A stretch of DNA of 64,000 nucleotides from Candidatus Hydrogenedentota bacterium (GCA_045863295.1 BTWA01000025.1:29230-93229); one strand, 5' to 3'. Shown: positions 1 to 10,812, numbered from the stretch's first letter. Notes: generated by a model not told the origin, from the letters alone. A program made the numbers and translations.

Positions 1-28
1 AGTGGCAATGCCTTTGGAGATGATTACT

Positions 29-1471
29 ATGAAACGTCTTTGTGTGTTGCTTGCCCTGGCATTGCTAGTTCCCCTGGTCATGGCTGAACCGGTTGACGTC
101 GATAAATTACTTGGGGAGCAGTGGTATGGGGTCTATATGAACGGCAAGAAGTCTGGCTACGGGACGCGAACGCTCAAAAAGGACGAGCAGGAAAATGTGT
201 TTGTTGAATCGGATGTGCATTTTCAAATCTCCATGAACAGCATCAAGCAGGACATGCGGATTTTCTCCAGCCAGAAGTTCGACCCCCAAGGGCAACTTGT
301 GGAGATCAACTCAGTTCTTCACGACCAGGCCGGGGACACGCAGTTCAAGGGCGTAATGACGGGTACTGAAATGCTTTTTTCTGCCACCGTTGCCGGCCAG
401 ACGATTCAGGAGCGCCTGCCACGTCCGAAAGAAACCTTGGATGATGTATTGCGGACCGTCGAGTTAGTTCAAGGTAATGCCAAGGTGGGTGACAAACTTA
501 GCTACACATCCTACGATTTGGTCTTAAAGACCGAAGTCAATGCCACATGCGAAATTGTGGGTATTGAGGAGCGGCTGGCCGGGGGCGTTCCCGTGCGGGT
601 CTTTAAGATTCGATCGATCGACGATGTGATGAATTTGGAGCAAACCACGTATATCACGGCGGAAGGCGTGGTGTTGGAAGATGTGGTTGCGCAAATCATG
701 ACCATGCGACTCGAGCCCATGGAAGTGGCCAAGGATGTGGACTACAGCAACGACACGGTCGTGTCGAATGCCGCCTTTGTGGACGACCCCATCCAGAACC
801 CCCGTGAGCGCGAAATACTCACCTTGCGAATAATGGGTCCTTTGTTGCAAGAGCACCTGTTTCAAGATGATCGGCAGCAATTCACACCCGACGGCGACAG
901 CTACATGTTTACGGCCAAACGGGTCTCCATGGATGGCGTGGATGCACCGGATTTGCCCATTTCCGATACCAGCGTGGCCGAGTGGCTTACACCCACGACA
1001 TTCGTGCAAAGCGACAATCCATCGATCATCAATAAGGCGAGGGAAATTGTGGGTGACGAGAAGGACAGTTACGCCGCAGCGAGAAAGATATGCGATTGGG
1101 TGTCGGATAACCTTCGAAGTACGTTTTCCGCGCGTATGACCAATGCCGCCGAGGTGCTTGAAAGTCTCGAAGGCGATTGCACCGAGCACAGCGTGCTCTT
1201 TATCGCCCTGGCACGGGCGGCAGGCATTCCCGCGCGTGAGGTCGCGGGTTTGATTTACATGGATAACGGGAGCGAACCCGGTTTTTATTTTCATCAATGG
1301 GCGAAAGTCTGGGCGGGCAAATGGATTGATATGGACCCGACTTGGGACCAGCCTTTGGTCGATGCGACCCACATTAAACTCGCCGAGGGCGATATTCGCG
1401 ACCAGTTGAAGATCATTCCGCTTATTGGCCAGATTCGGATTGTAGTTGTAGAAGAAGGTACCCCGCGCTAA
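29..1471 (+). CDS. Secreted transglutaminase-like (Cys-His-Asp) domain protein
   Basis: Signal peptide MKRLCVLLALALLVPLVMA after a GGAGA RBS (ATG at 29). C-terminal GDCTEHS..LARAAGIPAR..HQW..W...D motif of the transglutaminase-like core. Confidence 0.85.
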   Translation: MKRLCVLLALALLVPLVMAEPVDVDKLLGEQWYGVYMNGKKSGYGTRTLKKDEQENVFVESDVHFQISMNSIKQDMRIFSSQKFDPQGQLVEINSVLHDQAGDTQFKGVMTGTEMLFSATVAGQTIQERLPRPKETLDDVLRTVELVQGNAKVGDKLSYTSYDLVLKTEVNATCEIVGIEERLAGGVPVRVFKIRSIDDVMNLEQTTYITAEGVVLEDVVAQIMTMRLEPMEVAKDVDYSNDTVVSNAAFVDDPIQNPREREILTLRIMGPLLQEHLFQDDRQQFTPDGDSYMFTAKRVSMDGVDAPDLPISDTSVAEWLTPTTFVQSDNPSIINKAREIVGDEKDSYAAARKICDWVSDNLRSTFSARMTNAAEVLESLEGDCTEHSVLFIALARAAGIPAREVAGLIYMDNGSEPGFYFHQWAKVWAGKWIDMDPTWDQPLVDATHIKLAEGDIRDQLKIIPLIGQIRIVVVEEGTPR

Positions 1472-1480
1472 GATGGAGGT

Positions 1481-4400
1481 ATGTCCGAGCATTCCCCTAC
1501 AACCCACAAGCTATTCTGGAAGCGCCGCTATATCTATATTCCAACCCTCTCGCTTCTCGTACTACTTATTGCCTCGTTTTTCGACGCACCACGCCGCTAT
1601 TTGGTAACGACGTTTGCAAGCCGCTTTCTGCACGCAGACGTGAGGGCCTCCGGAATTGGACTTTCCGGCGAGTTCAGCGTAGAGCGTTTGTCCATACAGG
1701 ACAGGGCAGAAAACCCAATAGACGCGCTGGAACCTATGATAGACGTCAGCCGAGTCTCCGCCGACTATCGACTTTTACCCGAAGACGGCCGTTACCTGCA
1801 GTCGCTGCAAATAGACGAGATTGTACTGCGAATTCTCCAGGCCGCGGCGAGCCAGACGAACTATTCGTTTGTAAAGGATGTACTGTCACAACCGTCGTCC
1901 GGAAGAGACGTCACACCGTTTCTGCCGAAATCAACAGACATCGCCCATATAGACGCGCGGTTTGTTTCGCCCTATGCGGCGGTTCATCTCAGCGGCCTTT
2001 CACTTTCCGGCTCGGTTCAGTCAATGGAGAATATGCGCTGGACTCTCTCCGGATCCCGGTTCACCGGCGAGTCGTCTTTTCTGGGAGATGTTCCTCATGT
2101 GTTTGAGGACGGACGTGTGCTTGTCGAAATCTCGCGCGACGGGAACGTATTTGAACTGAATCCCGTCTCGATTCAAGTGCCAGGTATGACTGAGTTCGAG
2201 GGAATGGCTGAGGTGAGGACGGAGGATGATCGAACGGTCATACACGTGGACGTGCCTCAAGGCCGGGTCGACGGCGCATTTGTCAGCGCAGTTGCGCCCG
2301 CATTACTGCCTGTTCCCATTCGCATGACTGAATTGGATCTCACCGATACTCAAATATCCGGCACACTCGGAACCGCTGCATTCGGCGACTGGGAGGGCCG
2401 CGTGCAGATGAATGCCTCCGGTTTTGCCGTCGGCGCCCCAGGGGCGGTGTGGTTCGAAGGCGATCTTGCGTTAGATGGAATCGTGAAACCGGGTGGCGAA
2501 TTCGATGTAACCGCGTTGGTAAACGGCAGCAAGCCGATTCGGGCAACCGGTTCATTCGAGGGTGGAGCGCTGGAAACAGCTATTGAAACCGGCCTATGGC
2601 AACAGGCGGAATGGGAAGCTGTCATTCCCGGCAATCTGTTGGCGTCGATTCAGTCATACACCACTATTGACACGATCAGCGCGACGGCGAATGTATATAC
2701 GGATGGCCGAGAATTCCGAATTCAGAGTCAGATACTACCCGAATTTGAGTACGACCATGGGCGCATGCCGGTCCGCGTCGACCTGAACGGAGAGGGAAAC
2801 GTCGGAGGCGAGAGTGGGGACTTTTCGGGGTCGGTCGCTATGGAACTCAACGATGGGGTCTTGGATCTTCACTTCCGTTCCGTTGCTCCTGACGCATTGT
2901 CTGTAACCGGTCGCTTCGATGTGATCGATCCTCATATGTTCGCCTCTCTGTTCAGGCCGGAATGGGCTGCGCACTTCCCACACGGAGCACTCAGCGGTAA
3001 TGCTGACGCTACTGTTGGGGCAGGACTTGTGGCAAGTGCGGATCTGCAATTCTTACGGGCCGCATCAGAATACAAAGTAAACGCACATGTTGAGCTGGCA
3101 TCCGATAAATTATCTTCATCGGAGTTGATTGCCGAAGGCTTTTTAGCCACAAGCGACTCAGGCCGGGCAGAATTTGAAAGCAAAAGGGACCCGGAATCCA
3201 GAAGTATTCAGGCAGCCATAAACTTGTCAGACTTTGATGTCGCGGTTGCGCTGAATGCATTGGGATTGGGTGTGTCCGGCCTCAATGCGGCGGTGGCAAG
3301 TGGTGTGATAAAGGTTGGCCATGCCTCAAATGGCACCGATATCGATGTGAATCTGTCTCCGTCGGACGTACGTTACGAAACATGGTCCATCGCGAATGTC
3401 GATCCGTTTACTTTGCAGGCGAGTATACAGTTGCCAGAGCAATTGGATGCTGTCCAGATTCGGGCCGCAAACCTCACCATTTCCGAAGCCGTTGTTCTGA
3501 ATATTTCGAGCGGGCATGTTGGACTGGGGAATCCGTCATACGGCGGCCAATACTCCGGCCGGATTGACTTCGACGTCTTAAACGGCCTAATCGAACCTAC
3601 CGGTGCGGTGGGCGCCTTGATGTTTGACATTCCATTGACCCAGGCCGGATCAAGGTTGGCATCCAAGGTGCGATTGGAGGGAGACGGATTTGGATATGGC
3701 CGCTGGGCTGGCGCGTATGGAAAACCGCTCATTGTTCAGGCAGAGACCTTATATGATCTGGATTCGAAATCCGGCAAAGCGGAAACTGTATCCGTCGTGT
3801 ATGGGGACAGTACACAAGTTGACTTGGATGCTTTCCAGTGGGCGACGGACCCGTTAGGGTTTTCTTCCACGTTCACGATCGACACATCGCTTAACCTACT
3901 GGAAGATTTACGCGTGCTCAACAAAGCCGATGGCATTGGGAAATGGTCCGGTGAAGTTGCCTGGAAGAACAATGCGCTCCAAGTGACGGCCCGCGGCGTG
4001 GCGACGGCGCCGGTCGCGGTATTGCCCAATGACTATGCCGCCCTCGGTGGCCTGTCAATGGAAGGGAACATGATTTGGCAGGATACTCTCAGCGGTGAAG
4101 GGCGTTTCGCCATTGCCAACGTGGCCGCCGCCGGAGCGGTAATACACGAACTCTCAGGTACGTTTGAGGTGCAAGGCGGCATCATGAACGTTATTGTCAC
4201 GGGTGGCACACTCTATGGTGGCGTCATATCCGGCACCGCGCAGGTTGACTTAGTGGGGGAAAATCGCGAAGGCCGCATGGCGCTGGATTTTGACGGAGTG
4301 GACTTGGACCAGTTCACCCGGGAATACGAACCGCCTCAGGTCGTTCTCACAGGTCTCGCCAATGGTAAGGTACAGATCCAGTGGGATCGCGCGGGGATGA

Positions 4401-4777
4401 CCAAGTTCCATGCGGTGCTCAAATCCACCGAGGGCTTTACCATGGACAAAGCAACGATTGATACGCTCCTGGTAACTACGGTCATGCAGGAGACCCGGGG
4501 CCTGCGCTTCCTGACCAAAGGGTTGCGTAAAGACGCCATTGGCGATGAGCCGCAGCGGCCATTCGACAGCGCTTCCATGGTCATCGATCTTACCGGAGAT
4601 AGCCCGGAAACACACAGGCTTGAGGGTCCCGTCAAGATGCTCAGTAAAGGACTCGACCTGACCATCGACCTGGGAGTGGATATAGGTGCGATTTACGCCG
4701 GCCTGGAACTTCGACAGGAGGCACAACTCGATCAGATCGACACCATCACCGCCGACCCGCTACAATGGGGTGAATAA
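1481..4777 (+). CDS. YdbH/AsmA-like intermembrane lipid-transport protein
   Basis: 1098 aa, single N-terminal TM anchor, beta-strand-rich body. C-terminal 'GTLYGGVISG...LDFDGVDL...LTG' segment typical of YdbH/AsmA. Followed by a YdbL-like gene. Confidence 0.65.
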   Translation: MSEHSPTTHKLFWKRRYIYIPTLSLLVLLIASFFDAPRRYLVTTFASRFLHADVRASGIGLSGEFSVERLSIQDRAENPIDALEPMIDVSRVSADYRLLPEDGRYLQSLQIDEIVLRILQAAASQTNYSFVKDVLSQPSSGRDVTPFLPKSTDIAHIDARFVSPYAAVHLSGLSLSGSVQSMENMRWTLSGSRFTGESSFLGDVPHVFEDGRVLVEISRDGNVFELNPVSIQVPGMTEFEGMAEVRTEDDRTVIHVDVPQGRVDGAFVSAVAPALLPVPIRMTELDLTDTQISGTLGTAAFGDWEGRVQMNASGFAVGAPGAVWFEGDLALDGIVKPGGEFDVTALVNGSKPIRATGSFEGGALETAIETGLWQQAEWEAVIPGNLLASIQSYTTIDTISATANVYTDGREFRIQSQILPEFEYDHGRMPVRVDLNGEGNVGGESGDFSGSVAMELNDGVLDLHFRSVAPDALSVTGRFDVIDPHMFASLFRPEWAAHFPHGALSGNADATVGAGLVASADLQFLRAASEYKVNAHVELASDKLSSSELIAEGFLATSDSGRAEFESKRDPESRSIQAAINLSDFDVAVALNALGLGVSGLNAAVASGVIKVGHASNGTDIDVNLSPSDVRYETWSIANVDPFTLQASIQLPEQLDAVQIRAANLTISEAVVLNISSGHVGLGNPSYGGQYSGRIDFDVLNGLIEPTGAVGALMFDIPLTQAGSRLASKVRLEGDGFGYGRWAGAYGKPLIVQAETLYDLDSKSGKAETVSVVYGDSTQVDLDAFQWATDPLGFSSTFTIDTSLNLLEDLRVLNKADGIGKWSGEVAWKNNALQVTARGVATAPVAVLPNDYAALGGLSMEGNMIWQDTLSGEGRFAIANVAAAGAVIHELSGTFEVQGGIMNVIVTGGTLYGGVISGTAQVDLVGENREGRMALDFDGVDLDQFTREYEPPQVVLTGLANGKVQIQWDRAGMTKFHAVLKSTEGFTMDKATIDTLLVTTVMQETRGLRFLTKGLRKDAIGDEPQRPFDSASMVIDLTGDSPETHRLEGPVKMLSKGLDLTIDLGVDIGAIYAGLELRQEAQLDQIDTITADPLQWGE

Positions 4778-4824
4778 AGCCGCGGCCGTTCGCGTCCGTA
4801 TGTGTGGGAAATGGAGGACAGGTC

Positions 4825-5517
4825 ATGAAACGCGTATCCGGAGCTCTTTTTGTCGCCATACTTTTTATCGGATTTGGATGTGTCATTCGCACGGAGCACA
4901 AGATCGACGCCCATATTACCGTTGACATTCGCCACATTGAGCAGCAGGCTGATGAAATCCTTGACTTTATCGAGGGCAAGTCGGAGACACTGCCCACCGA
5001 AGAAGCGGCGCCCCAGTCGTCAATTCGGCCCTTGATTCGGCAGGCCTGCGATTTTCTGTCTTCCGTGACAACAGCGCATGCTCAGGAGCTCAAGTCCTCC
5101 ACTACCCCGCGGATGAAAGAACTGGCCACCAAGATGAAGGATCGCCAACCTCAAATTGACGCGCTTAAGAAATCGAAGAGCGTAGGCGAAAGCAACCGAG
5201 GCTATCTCGCCCTTCGCGACAGCGACGAGATGAAGGACACGGAGAAGAAGAACGCGGCGCAAAAGCTTATCACGGAAGAAAACGCCGACCGTAAGGCACT
5301 CTATCAGGAAATCGCGCGCGACAACTCGGATCAAGCCTCGGTAACCCTAGCCACCGTAGAGCGGATTTACGCTCAGCGCAGACTGGAACGCGCCGCCGCT
5401 GGAGATATTTTTCAACTTCCGCCCGCCGGCAAGGACTTCGATGATTTCGCGGCCTCCGCCACTGGCAAGAAACTCGGCGATGAATGCAAGGCCGAGGCGT
5501 GGGTGGAGATAAAGTAG
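4825..5517 (+). CDS. YdbL-family (DUF1318) lipoprotein with YnbE-like N-terminus
   Basis: GGAGG RBS, lipobox-like GFGC, then VIRTEHKIDAHITVDIRH. C-terminal 'VGESNRGYL...ENADRKALYQEIA' DUF1318-like motif. Confidence 0.7.
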   Translation: MKRVSGALFVAILFIGFGCVIRTEHKIDAHITVDIRHIEQQADEILDFIEGKSETLPTEEAAPQSSIRPLIRQACDFLSSVTTAHAQELKSSTTPRMKELATKMKDRQPQIDALKKSKSVGESNRGYLALRDSDEMKDTEKKNAAQKLITEENADRKALYQEIARDNSDQASVTLATVERIYAQRRLERAAAGDIFQLPPAGKDFDDFAASATGKKLGDECKAEAWVEIK

Positions 5518-5543
5518 AAATTCAGAGGCATCCGCGAGCTTAA

Positions 5544-5573
5544 GCAGGTCCCATGGTTATCCGTGGGACCTGC
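5544..5573. terminator. Hairpin between convergent genes (probable bidirectional terminator)
   Basis: GCAGGTCCCA-TGG-TTAT-CCG-TGGGACCTGC inverted repeat. Confidence 0.6.
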
Positions 5574-5655
5574 TCTGAATTAATGCGGCATTCGATTTTC
5601 CGGGTTGGGTTGCGAAGCCACGATTAAAGAGCGGATCTAATACGCAATGGCGCCG

Positions 5656-6801
5656 TTACAGCCCTGGCACATCCACCCACTTCCTATCCCTAGCTGATGC
5701 ATAGCCCAGTTCCGCAAGCTGAACGCCTTTGGCGGCCTCTTTCAAGTCCCATGGGAAAGGAGTGTCCTTTACGACGTGCTTCAGGAATAGCTCCCACTGC
5801 GCCTTGAACGCGTTATCGTACGCGGCATTGGGCGGCATTTTCTCCCATGCCGCGAAATAGTCAAGGGGACTGTCGATATCAGGATTCCATACAGGACGGG
5901 GCGTGGCCGCATCGGGCTGTATCCAACAGTGGCGCAACCCGGCGACGGCGGAGCCGTTTGTGCCGTCGACTTGCAACGTCAGTAAATCGTCACGGCGAAC
6001 TCGCACGCACCACGACGAATTGAAGTGGCACACGATGTCTCGGTCCGTAATAAAGGTGGCATAGCATGAATCATCGGTGTCGCATACATACTTCTGATGT
6101 TTTTCATCCCATCGATGTGGAATGTGCGTCGCCGTGTGGCATGTCAGGTTTTTGACGTTTCCAAATAGATTGTCGATCACGTAGCGCCAATGGCACAGCA
6201 TGTCGAGCACGATGCCGCCTCCGTCGGCCTGGCGGTAATTCCATGAGGGGCGTTGCGCCGGCTGGTGCTCCCCGGTGAATACCCAATAGCCGAACTCGCC
6301 TCGCACGGATAAAATGCGCCCGAAATAGCCTGTGTCGATCAAGTACTTCAGCTTCAACAACCCTGGCAACCACAGCTTGTCCTGTACTACGCCGTGCTTG
6401 ATGCCTGCAGACTTGGCGAGTGTATACAGTTCCATGGCCTCGGCCGATGTGGAGGCCACGGGCTTTTCGCAGTAGACATGCTTACCCGCCGCTATCGCTA
6501 GTTTCGTCATGTCGTACCGAAGATTCGTGGCGAGCGCATCAAAATAGACGGGGTAGTGCGCGTCGTTCAGAACCCCGCTCACGTCGGTTGTGTAATTCAA
6601 ATCGCCGTGTGCTGCCGACAAGGCGGACAACTTGGCCTCGTTACGACCCACGAGGACTGGGTCCGGCATTATGGTCTCGCTTTCGCTCATCCGTACGCCG
6701 CCTTGCGATCGAATCGCCAGGATGGATCGAATTAAATGTTGATTGCAGCTCATCCGGCCGGTCACGCCGTTCATGATGACGCCTACAGTATGTGTTTTCA
6801 T
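5656..6801 (-). CDS. Gfo/Idh/MocA family oxidoreductase
   Basis: N-terminal Rossmann fold NGVTGRM, GKHVYCEKP motif, GGGIVLDMLCHW. Confidence 0.9.
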   Translation of the reverse strand: MKTHTVGVIMNGVTGRMSCNQHLIRSILAIRSQGGVRMSESETIMPDPVLVGRNEAKLSALSAAHGDLNYTTDVSGVLNDAHYPVYFDALATNLRYDMTKLAIAAGKHVYCEKPVASTSAEAMELYTLAKSAGIKHGVVQDKLWLPGLLKLKYLIDTGYFGRILSVRGEFGYWVFTGEHQPAQRPSWNYRQADGGGIVLDMLCHWRYVIDNLFGNVKNLTCHTATHIPHRWDEKHQKYVCDTDDSCYATFITDRDIVCHFNSSWCVRVRRDDLLTLQVDGTNGSAVAGLRHCWIQPDAATPRPVWNPDIDSPLDYFAAWEKMPPNAAYDNAFKAQWELFLKHVVKDTPFPWDLKEAAKGVQLAELGYASARDRKWVDVPGL

Positions 6802-6835
6802 GGAACCCCCGGAGAGAATAGCGAGAGCAATGGAT

Positions 6836-7216
6836 TCAGGACGCCACCAACAAGAATAGGTATGTGCCTACCGATACGCCGGCCGCCGCCGCGGTTGCCA
6901 TATACAGACGCGCAAGGGGATCAACGTCCAGGTTGTCGCGGTTAAATTCCGACCGTGCAATCACAAACAGGACCATCGCAATCCAGGTAGCTCCTGAAGC
7001 TATCAATAACGGAGCAATACCCCGTGCAAAAAGACCGGCTGCGATAACGGCTATACCGGGCAGAATCAGCCAAATACGTTTTTCCGAAGCCGAGGCCGAT
7101 TTTTCAATTGCAGCCGATGCAAACGGATCCGCGCTTTTGGTTTCCTGTGGGGGATTCGAAGGGGCAAGGTTCTTCGGATCCATTTTGTCCTTCTGGTCTT
7201 TGTATTTCTTGCTCAT
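6836..7216 (-). CDS. Hypothetical membrane protein (3 hydrophobic segments)
   Basis: 126 aa with a charged N-terminus and three TM-like stretches; fills the gap between two minus-strand genes. Confidence 0.6.
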   Translation of the reverse strand: MSKKYKDQKDKMDPKNLAPSNPPQETKSADPFASAAIEKSASASEKRIWLILPGIAVIAAGLFARGIAPLLIASGATWIAMVLFVIARSEFNRDNLDVDPLARLYMATAAAAGVSVGTYLFLLVAS

Positions 7217-7286
7217 TTCCCGAAATCCGCGCCTTTTCGCAACGTACCACCACTATACCGAATAGGATTGGTTCTTGTCACTTGTA

Positions 7287-8660
7287 CTAACTGGGCAAGT
7301 GAAAGGCAAGGTAGGGCTCTTCTTTCGCAAGCCGCTTCAAGTATACCGCCAGTTCCATGGCGTGGTAGTCTCCCCACATTGACGACTCTCCTTGCGGTAC
7401 GCTCTTGTCCTTGGGAACGTAGTCCCATCCGTTGGGACGGTGGTACACCGAATGCAAGATGAGCCCTTGGTGGCGGGAATCTTCCGACAAGTAGGGCCGG
7501 CTGAACAATGTGCGAGCCACGGTCAGGCCAGCTTGAAAGTACTTCTTGCCCTTCCCTTGCGGATCGAGCAGCATCCCCAAACGCAACAGCCCTTGTGCGG
7601 CAATTGCGGCAGCCGAACTGTCCACGGGTTCGAAAGGATTGTCGACTTCCGCCGGACGGTTCAAATAATCGCCTAGTTGCGCGAGACCCGGTGCGCCAGT
7701 GTCCCAATAGGGGATGCCATCAGCCGGCGTATTCTCGATATAGAAATCCGCAGTGGCCAGCGCGGGCTTCAGGAGTCCCGGCTCGAGGTGTTTCATGCCA
7801 CCGACAGATTCCAATTCCCGCTTGTCCAATGATCTCAAGCACTCGATCATTTCGGGAAAACCGAGTACGATCCAGGCCAAGCCGCGGGTCCAGGTTGTGA
7901 ACGGCGAATAGCCCTGCTGCGTGCTCGGGCAACGGTAACGGCCGTCTTTCGTATTGAAAATGCTCTCGTGCACGACCCTCCCGCGTACATCATATGCGTC
8001 CCGCCGGTCGCCAAAATAGACGTTGTATTTGGATGTGTTCAGCGCGTGCTCAAGGGCGCGGCCCAAAAGCGAAATGCGAAGGTCGTTTTCGCTCATGAGG
8101 CAATGGCCCAGCCGATGTGCGAGGAGCAGCGCCCGGCAAGACCGAATTGTATCGCTGAATAGCGAATGCGGTCCGTTGAAGGAATGGATAAAACCAGTGC
8201 CGTCGTGCAATGTGGTCCACCGTGCCGCCTGAATCGCGCCGGATGTTTTCAACGCCATGTCGTAAAAGGCAATCGCTTCTTCGGCTTCCACCGACTTGCC
8301 TTCCAACGCCAAACGCCGAAGGTTGCCATACGTGGAAACGTTGTTGAACCCATGGTCATGCACACCCACATGGCTCACGTGTGTTGCCATGTGCTCGAAA
8401 GTGTTATTGCGGCCCATGGCGAGAAACGATTCGGCACCCGTGGCATCAAACTGAAGGATTTGACAACCATATTGAAATCCCTGGGTCCATTCGGTCCAAC
8501 CCCGCGTCGCATAGTTGCCCTCGCGAGTGAATACAGGAGTCCCCTTGTCCGTATTCCAGGTTCGATTCAGCGATTCAATCTTTCCGGCGGACAATTCAAA
8601 AAAATGGTCGAGGGAGGGCAAGAGAGTCGCGGGCGAAAGGGTAGTGTCAGTGACTAGCAT
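7287..8660 (-). CDS. Glycoside hydrolase family 88 (unsaturated glucuronyl hydrolase-like)
   Basis: WTQGF, HDHGF, TWTRGLAW, PYWD, DSSAAAIAA and WGDY motifs characteristic of GH88. Confidence 0.85.
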   Translation of the reverse strand: MLVTDTTLSPATLLPSLDHFFELSAGKIESLNRTWNTDKGTPVFTREGNYATRGWTEWTQGFQYGCQILQFDATGAESFLAMGRNNTFEHMATHVSHVGVHDHGFNNVSTYGNLRRLALEGKSVEAEEAIAFYDMALKTSGAIQAARWTTLHDGTGFIHSFNGPHSLFSDTIRSCRALLLAHRLGHCLMSENDLRISLLGRALEHALNTSKYNVYFGDRRDAYDVRGRVVHESIFNTKDGRYRCPSTQQGYSPFTTWTRGLAWIVLGFPEMIECLRSLDKRELESVGGMKHLEPGLLKPALATADFYIENTPADGIPYWDTGAPGLAQLGDYLNRPAEVDNPFEPVDSSAAAIAAQGLLRLGMLLDPQGKGKKYFQAGLTVARTLFSRPYLSEDSRHQGLILHSVYHRPNGWDYVPKDKSVPQGESSMWGDYHAMELAVYLKRLAKEEPYLAFHLPS

Positions 8661-8681
8661 GGAAATCCCCGAGGTTGAAAC

Positions 8682-9653
8682 TTATTCCGGCAACGGCAAG
8701 TACTTTTTCAAGAACCGTTGCATGATAAAAAGGCAGCGATCGTTGACGGGCTTGGCTATATCCATGGAATGGGGCCAGCCCTCCACGCGGTCGTAATAGT
8801 TTGGGACGCCCAATTCGTCGAGTTTCCTATGCAACGTATCCGCTTGCTCGATGGGCACCAATTCGTCAATTGTACCGTGAAAAGTCAAGGTAGGCGGGTC
8901 GTCCGCTGAAAGGTGATGTAGAGGCGAGGCCATGTTGTACGCCTCGGGATCTGCCTCATAGTCTTTGCCAATAAAATCGGTGACCTCTTTCGCTTCCCGA
9001 GCGTATGACGTTGCACAATCCACCACGCCGTAGAGATTGATAATTGCTTGCACCCGCGTGTCGATGCCATTGGGCGCATCGGGACACTCCAATAACGGTT
9101 CCTGTGCGTACCCAGCCATTAGGGTTAGATGCCCGCCAGCCGATCCCCCCAACACGCCGAGATGTTTGGGATCGATGTGGTAGGTGTCTGCGTTCTTTCG
9201 CAGCCATGCAATTGCGTGCTTCACATCGTGTACCGCATCCGGAAAATGGTGCTTGGGAGATAGCCGGTATTGTACGGCCGCTGTGACGTAACCAAGCTTG
9301 GCCAGTTCCACGTTGTAGAAATGGCAATCGTTCCGGTTTCCCATGCGCCAACCGCCACCATGAATCAGCAGTAGGCCAGGCACTGGCTTCGTCGCGGACT
9401 TAGGCACAAAGACGTCGATTTTTAATTCTTCGCCACCGTGTGTCGCATACACGACGTCCAAGGAAACCTCAATTTCATCCGGAAACGTCGTAGGCTTCTT
9501 TATCGCCGGAATCTTTCCCGAATACACGGCGGTTTGGGCTTCGAGGTATGAGGTGAAACCCGGTGGTACCGGAGGGGCGCCTTCAAATAAGTCAGGAGGA
9601 TTCGCGAATACAGTCGGGACAAGAACAAACGCGAGCAAGTGCATGATGCGCAT
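8682..9653 (-). CDS. Secreted alpha/beta hydrolase (carboxylesterase/lipase, BD-FAE-like)
   Basis: Signal peptide, HGGGW oxyanion motif, GGSAGG nucleophile elbow, HGTIDELVP, C-terminal His. Confidence 0.88.
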   Translation of the reverse strand: MRIMHLLAFVLVPTVFANPPDLFEGAPPVPPGFTSYLEAQTAVYSGKIPAIKKPTTFPDEIEVSLDVVYATHGGEELKIDVFVPKSATKPVPGLLLIHGGGWRMGNRNDCHFYNVELAKLGYVTAAVQYRLSPKHHFPDAVHDVKHAIAWLRKNADTYHIDPKHLGVLGGSAGGHLTLMAGYAQEPLLECPDAPNGIDTRVQAIINLYGVVDCATSYAREAKEVTDFIGKDYEADPEAYNMASPLHHLSADDPPTLTFHGTIDELVPIEQADTLHRKLDELGVPNYYDRVEGWPHSMDIAKPVNDRCLFIMQRFLKKYLPLPE

Positions 9654-9864
9654 GGATGAGATCCTCCGAACTTTCTAAAGAAGGGGAATTATAGCGTGGA
9701 AATGGCCCCGATTTCTTTTTTTATAGATCACAACGCATTTTGATCTCCAGAGAGGTACGTGTGACCAGCCACCGTCGCACAGCGTTTAGAGCTTAGTTAA
9801 ATCAATTATTTCCGGAACCAATCTGCGTGTTAACAGGTAATCTGCTGATATATCATTAGTCCGG

Positions 9865-10812
9865 TTAGCTGTTAATACTCGCCGATTCACCCTTGATTGG
9901 GCGGCGAGCCCAATACCCGGCGATTGCTGATCCCGTCATGTTGTGTACAACGCTGAATAGACTCGCGGGCAATGCAGTTAGCGCGCTGTCAAAATGCGCT
10001 TTGGCCAAGGCCACGCCAAGTCCGCTGTTTTGCATGCCAACTTCTATGGCAATGGTACGCCGCGCAGTGACCGGCAATCGAAACATCGTCGCCAACGCGT
10101 ACCCTAATGCAAGGCCCGATATGTTGTGCACCACGACCAACAGGCCGGTCACACTCAGGTTGTTCACAATATTGTCGCGTGACAAAGCCGTCACGCAGGC
10201 AATGACCAGCGCGACAACCAGCACCGATATCGCTGGAAACACTTCGAGAACAGCCCTTGTTTTCTCCCTCAACCACCAACGTACGCCGAAACCCAGCGCC
10301 ACCGGCACGAGTACGATTTGCACCAGACTCATGAACAGTCCCCATCGGTCCACCGGGAGATAGACCCCGCCGTACAGGCCAATCAACGCAGGGGTAAGTA
10401 CGACGGCCATCAGTGTCGTGCAGGATGTCATCGTTACCGACAAGGCGACATCGGCCTTGGCAAGATATGAAACCACGTTTGAAGCAGTGCCGCCCGGGCA
10501 GGACCCCACGATGATGAATCCCATGGCAATATCGGGCGGCAAACGAAATACCCAGGCAAGGAGTGCGGCAACCAGCGGCATAATGAGAAATTGACCCAAA
10601 ATGCCGCAGGCGACTGCTCGCGGCATGCGCAGCACGCGTTGAAAGTCCGCCGAGGTCAGAGTGATGCCCATTCCGAACATGATGAGTCCAAGTCCGGGGG
10701 CAATCGCCGGCTGGAGGGCGGCAAATGGACGAGGAACGAAATACGCGGCGACTGCAAACAAGGCTACCCAGACTACGAACCCGTTTGTCCAGAGTACGAG
10801 TACTTTGCGCAA
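9865..10812 (-). CDS. Bile acid:sodium symporter (BASS) family transporter
   Basis: IMFGMG, QFLIMP, CPGGTASNV and IEVGMQNSGL motifs; TTG start. Confidence 0.92.
   Translation of the reverse strand: MRKVLVLWTNGFVVWVALFAVAAYFVPRPFAALQPAIAPGLGLIMFGMGITLTSADFQRVLRMPRAVACGILGQFLIMPLVAALLAWVFRLPPDIAMGFIIVGSCPGGTASNVVSYLAKADVALSVTMTSCTTLMAVVLTPALIGLYGGVYLPVDRWGLFMSLVQIVLVPVALGFGVRWWLREKTRAVLEVFPAISVLVVALVIACVTALSRDNIVNNLSVTGLLVVVHNISGLALGYALATMFRLPVTARRTIAIEVGMQNSGLGVALAKAHFDSALTALPASLFSVVHNMTGSAIAGYWARRPIKGESASINS

Noticed and set aside
9725..9856. Short palindromes (AGATCA...TGATCT; TGATATATCA) upstream of the esterase gene
   Set aside because: Too short to distinguish from chance, with no adjacent regulator to link them to.
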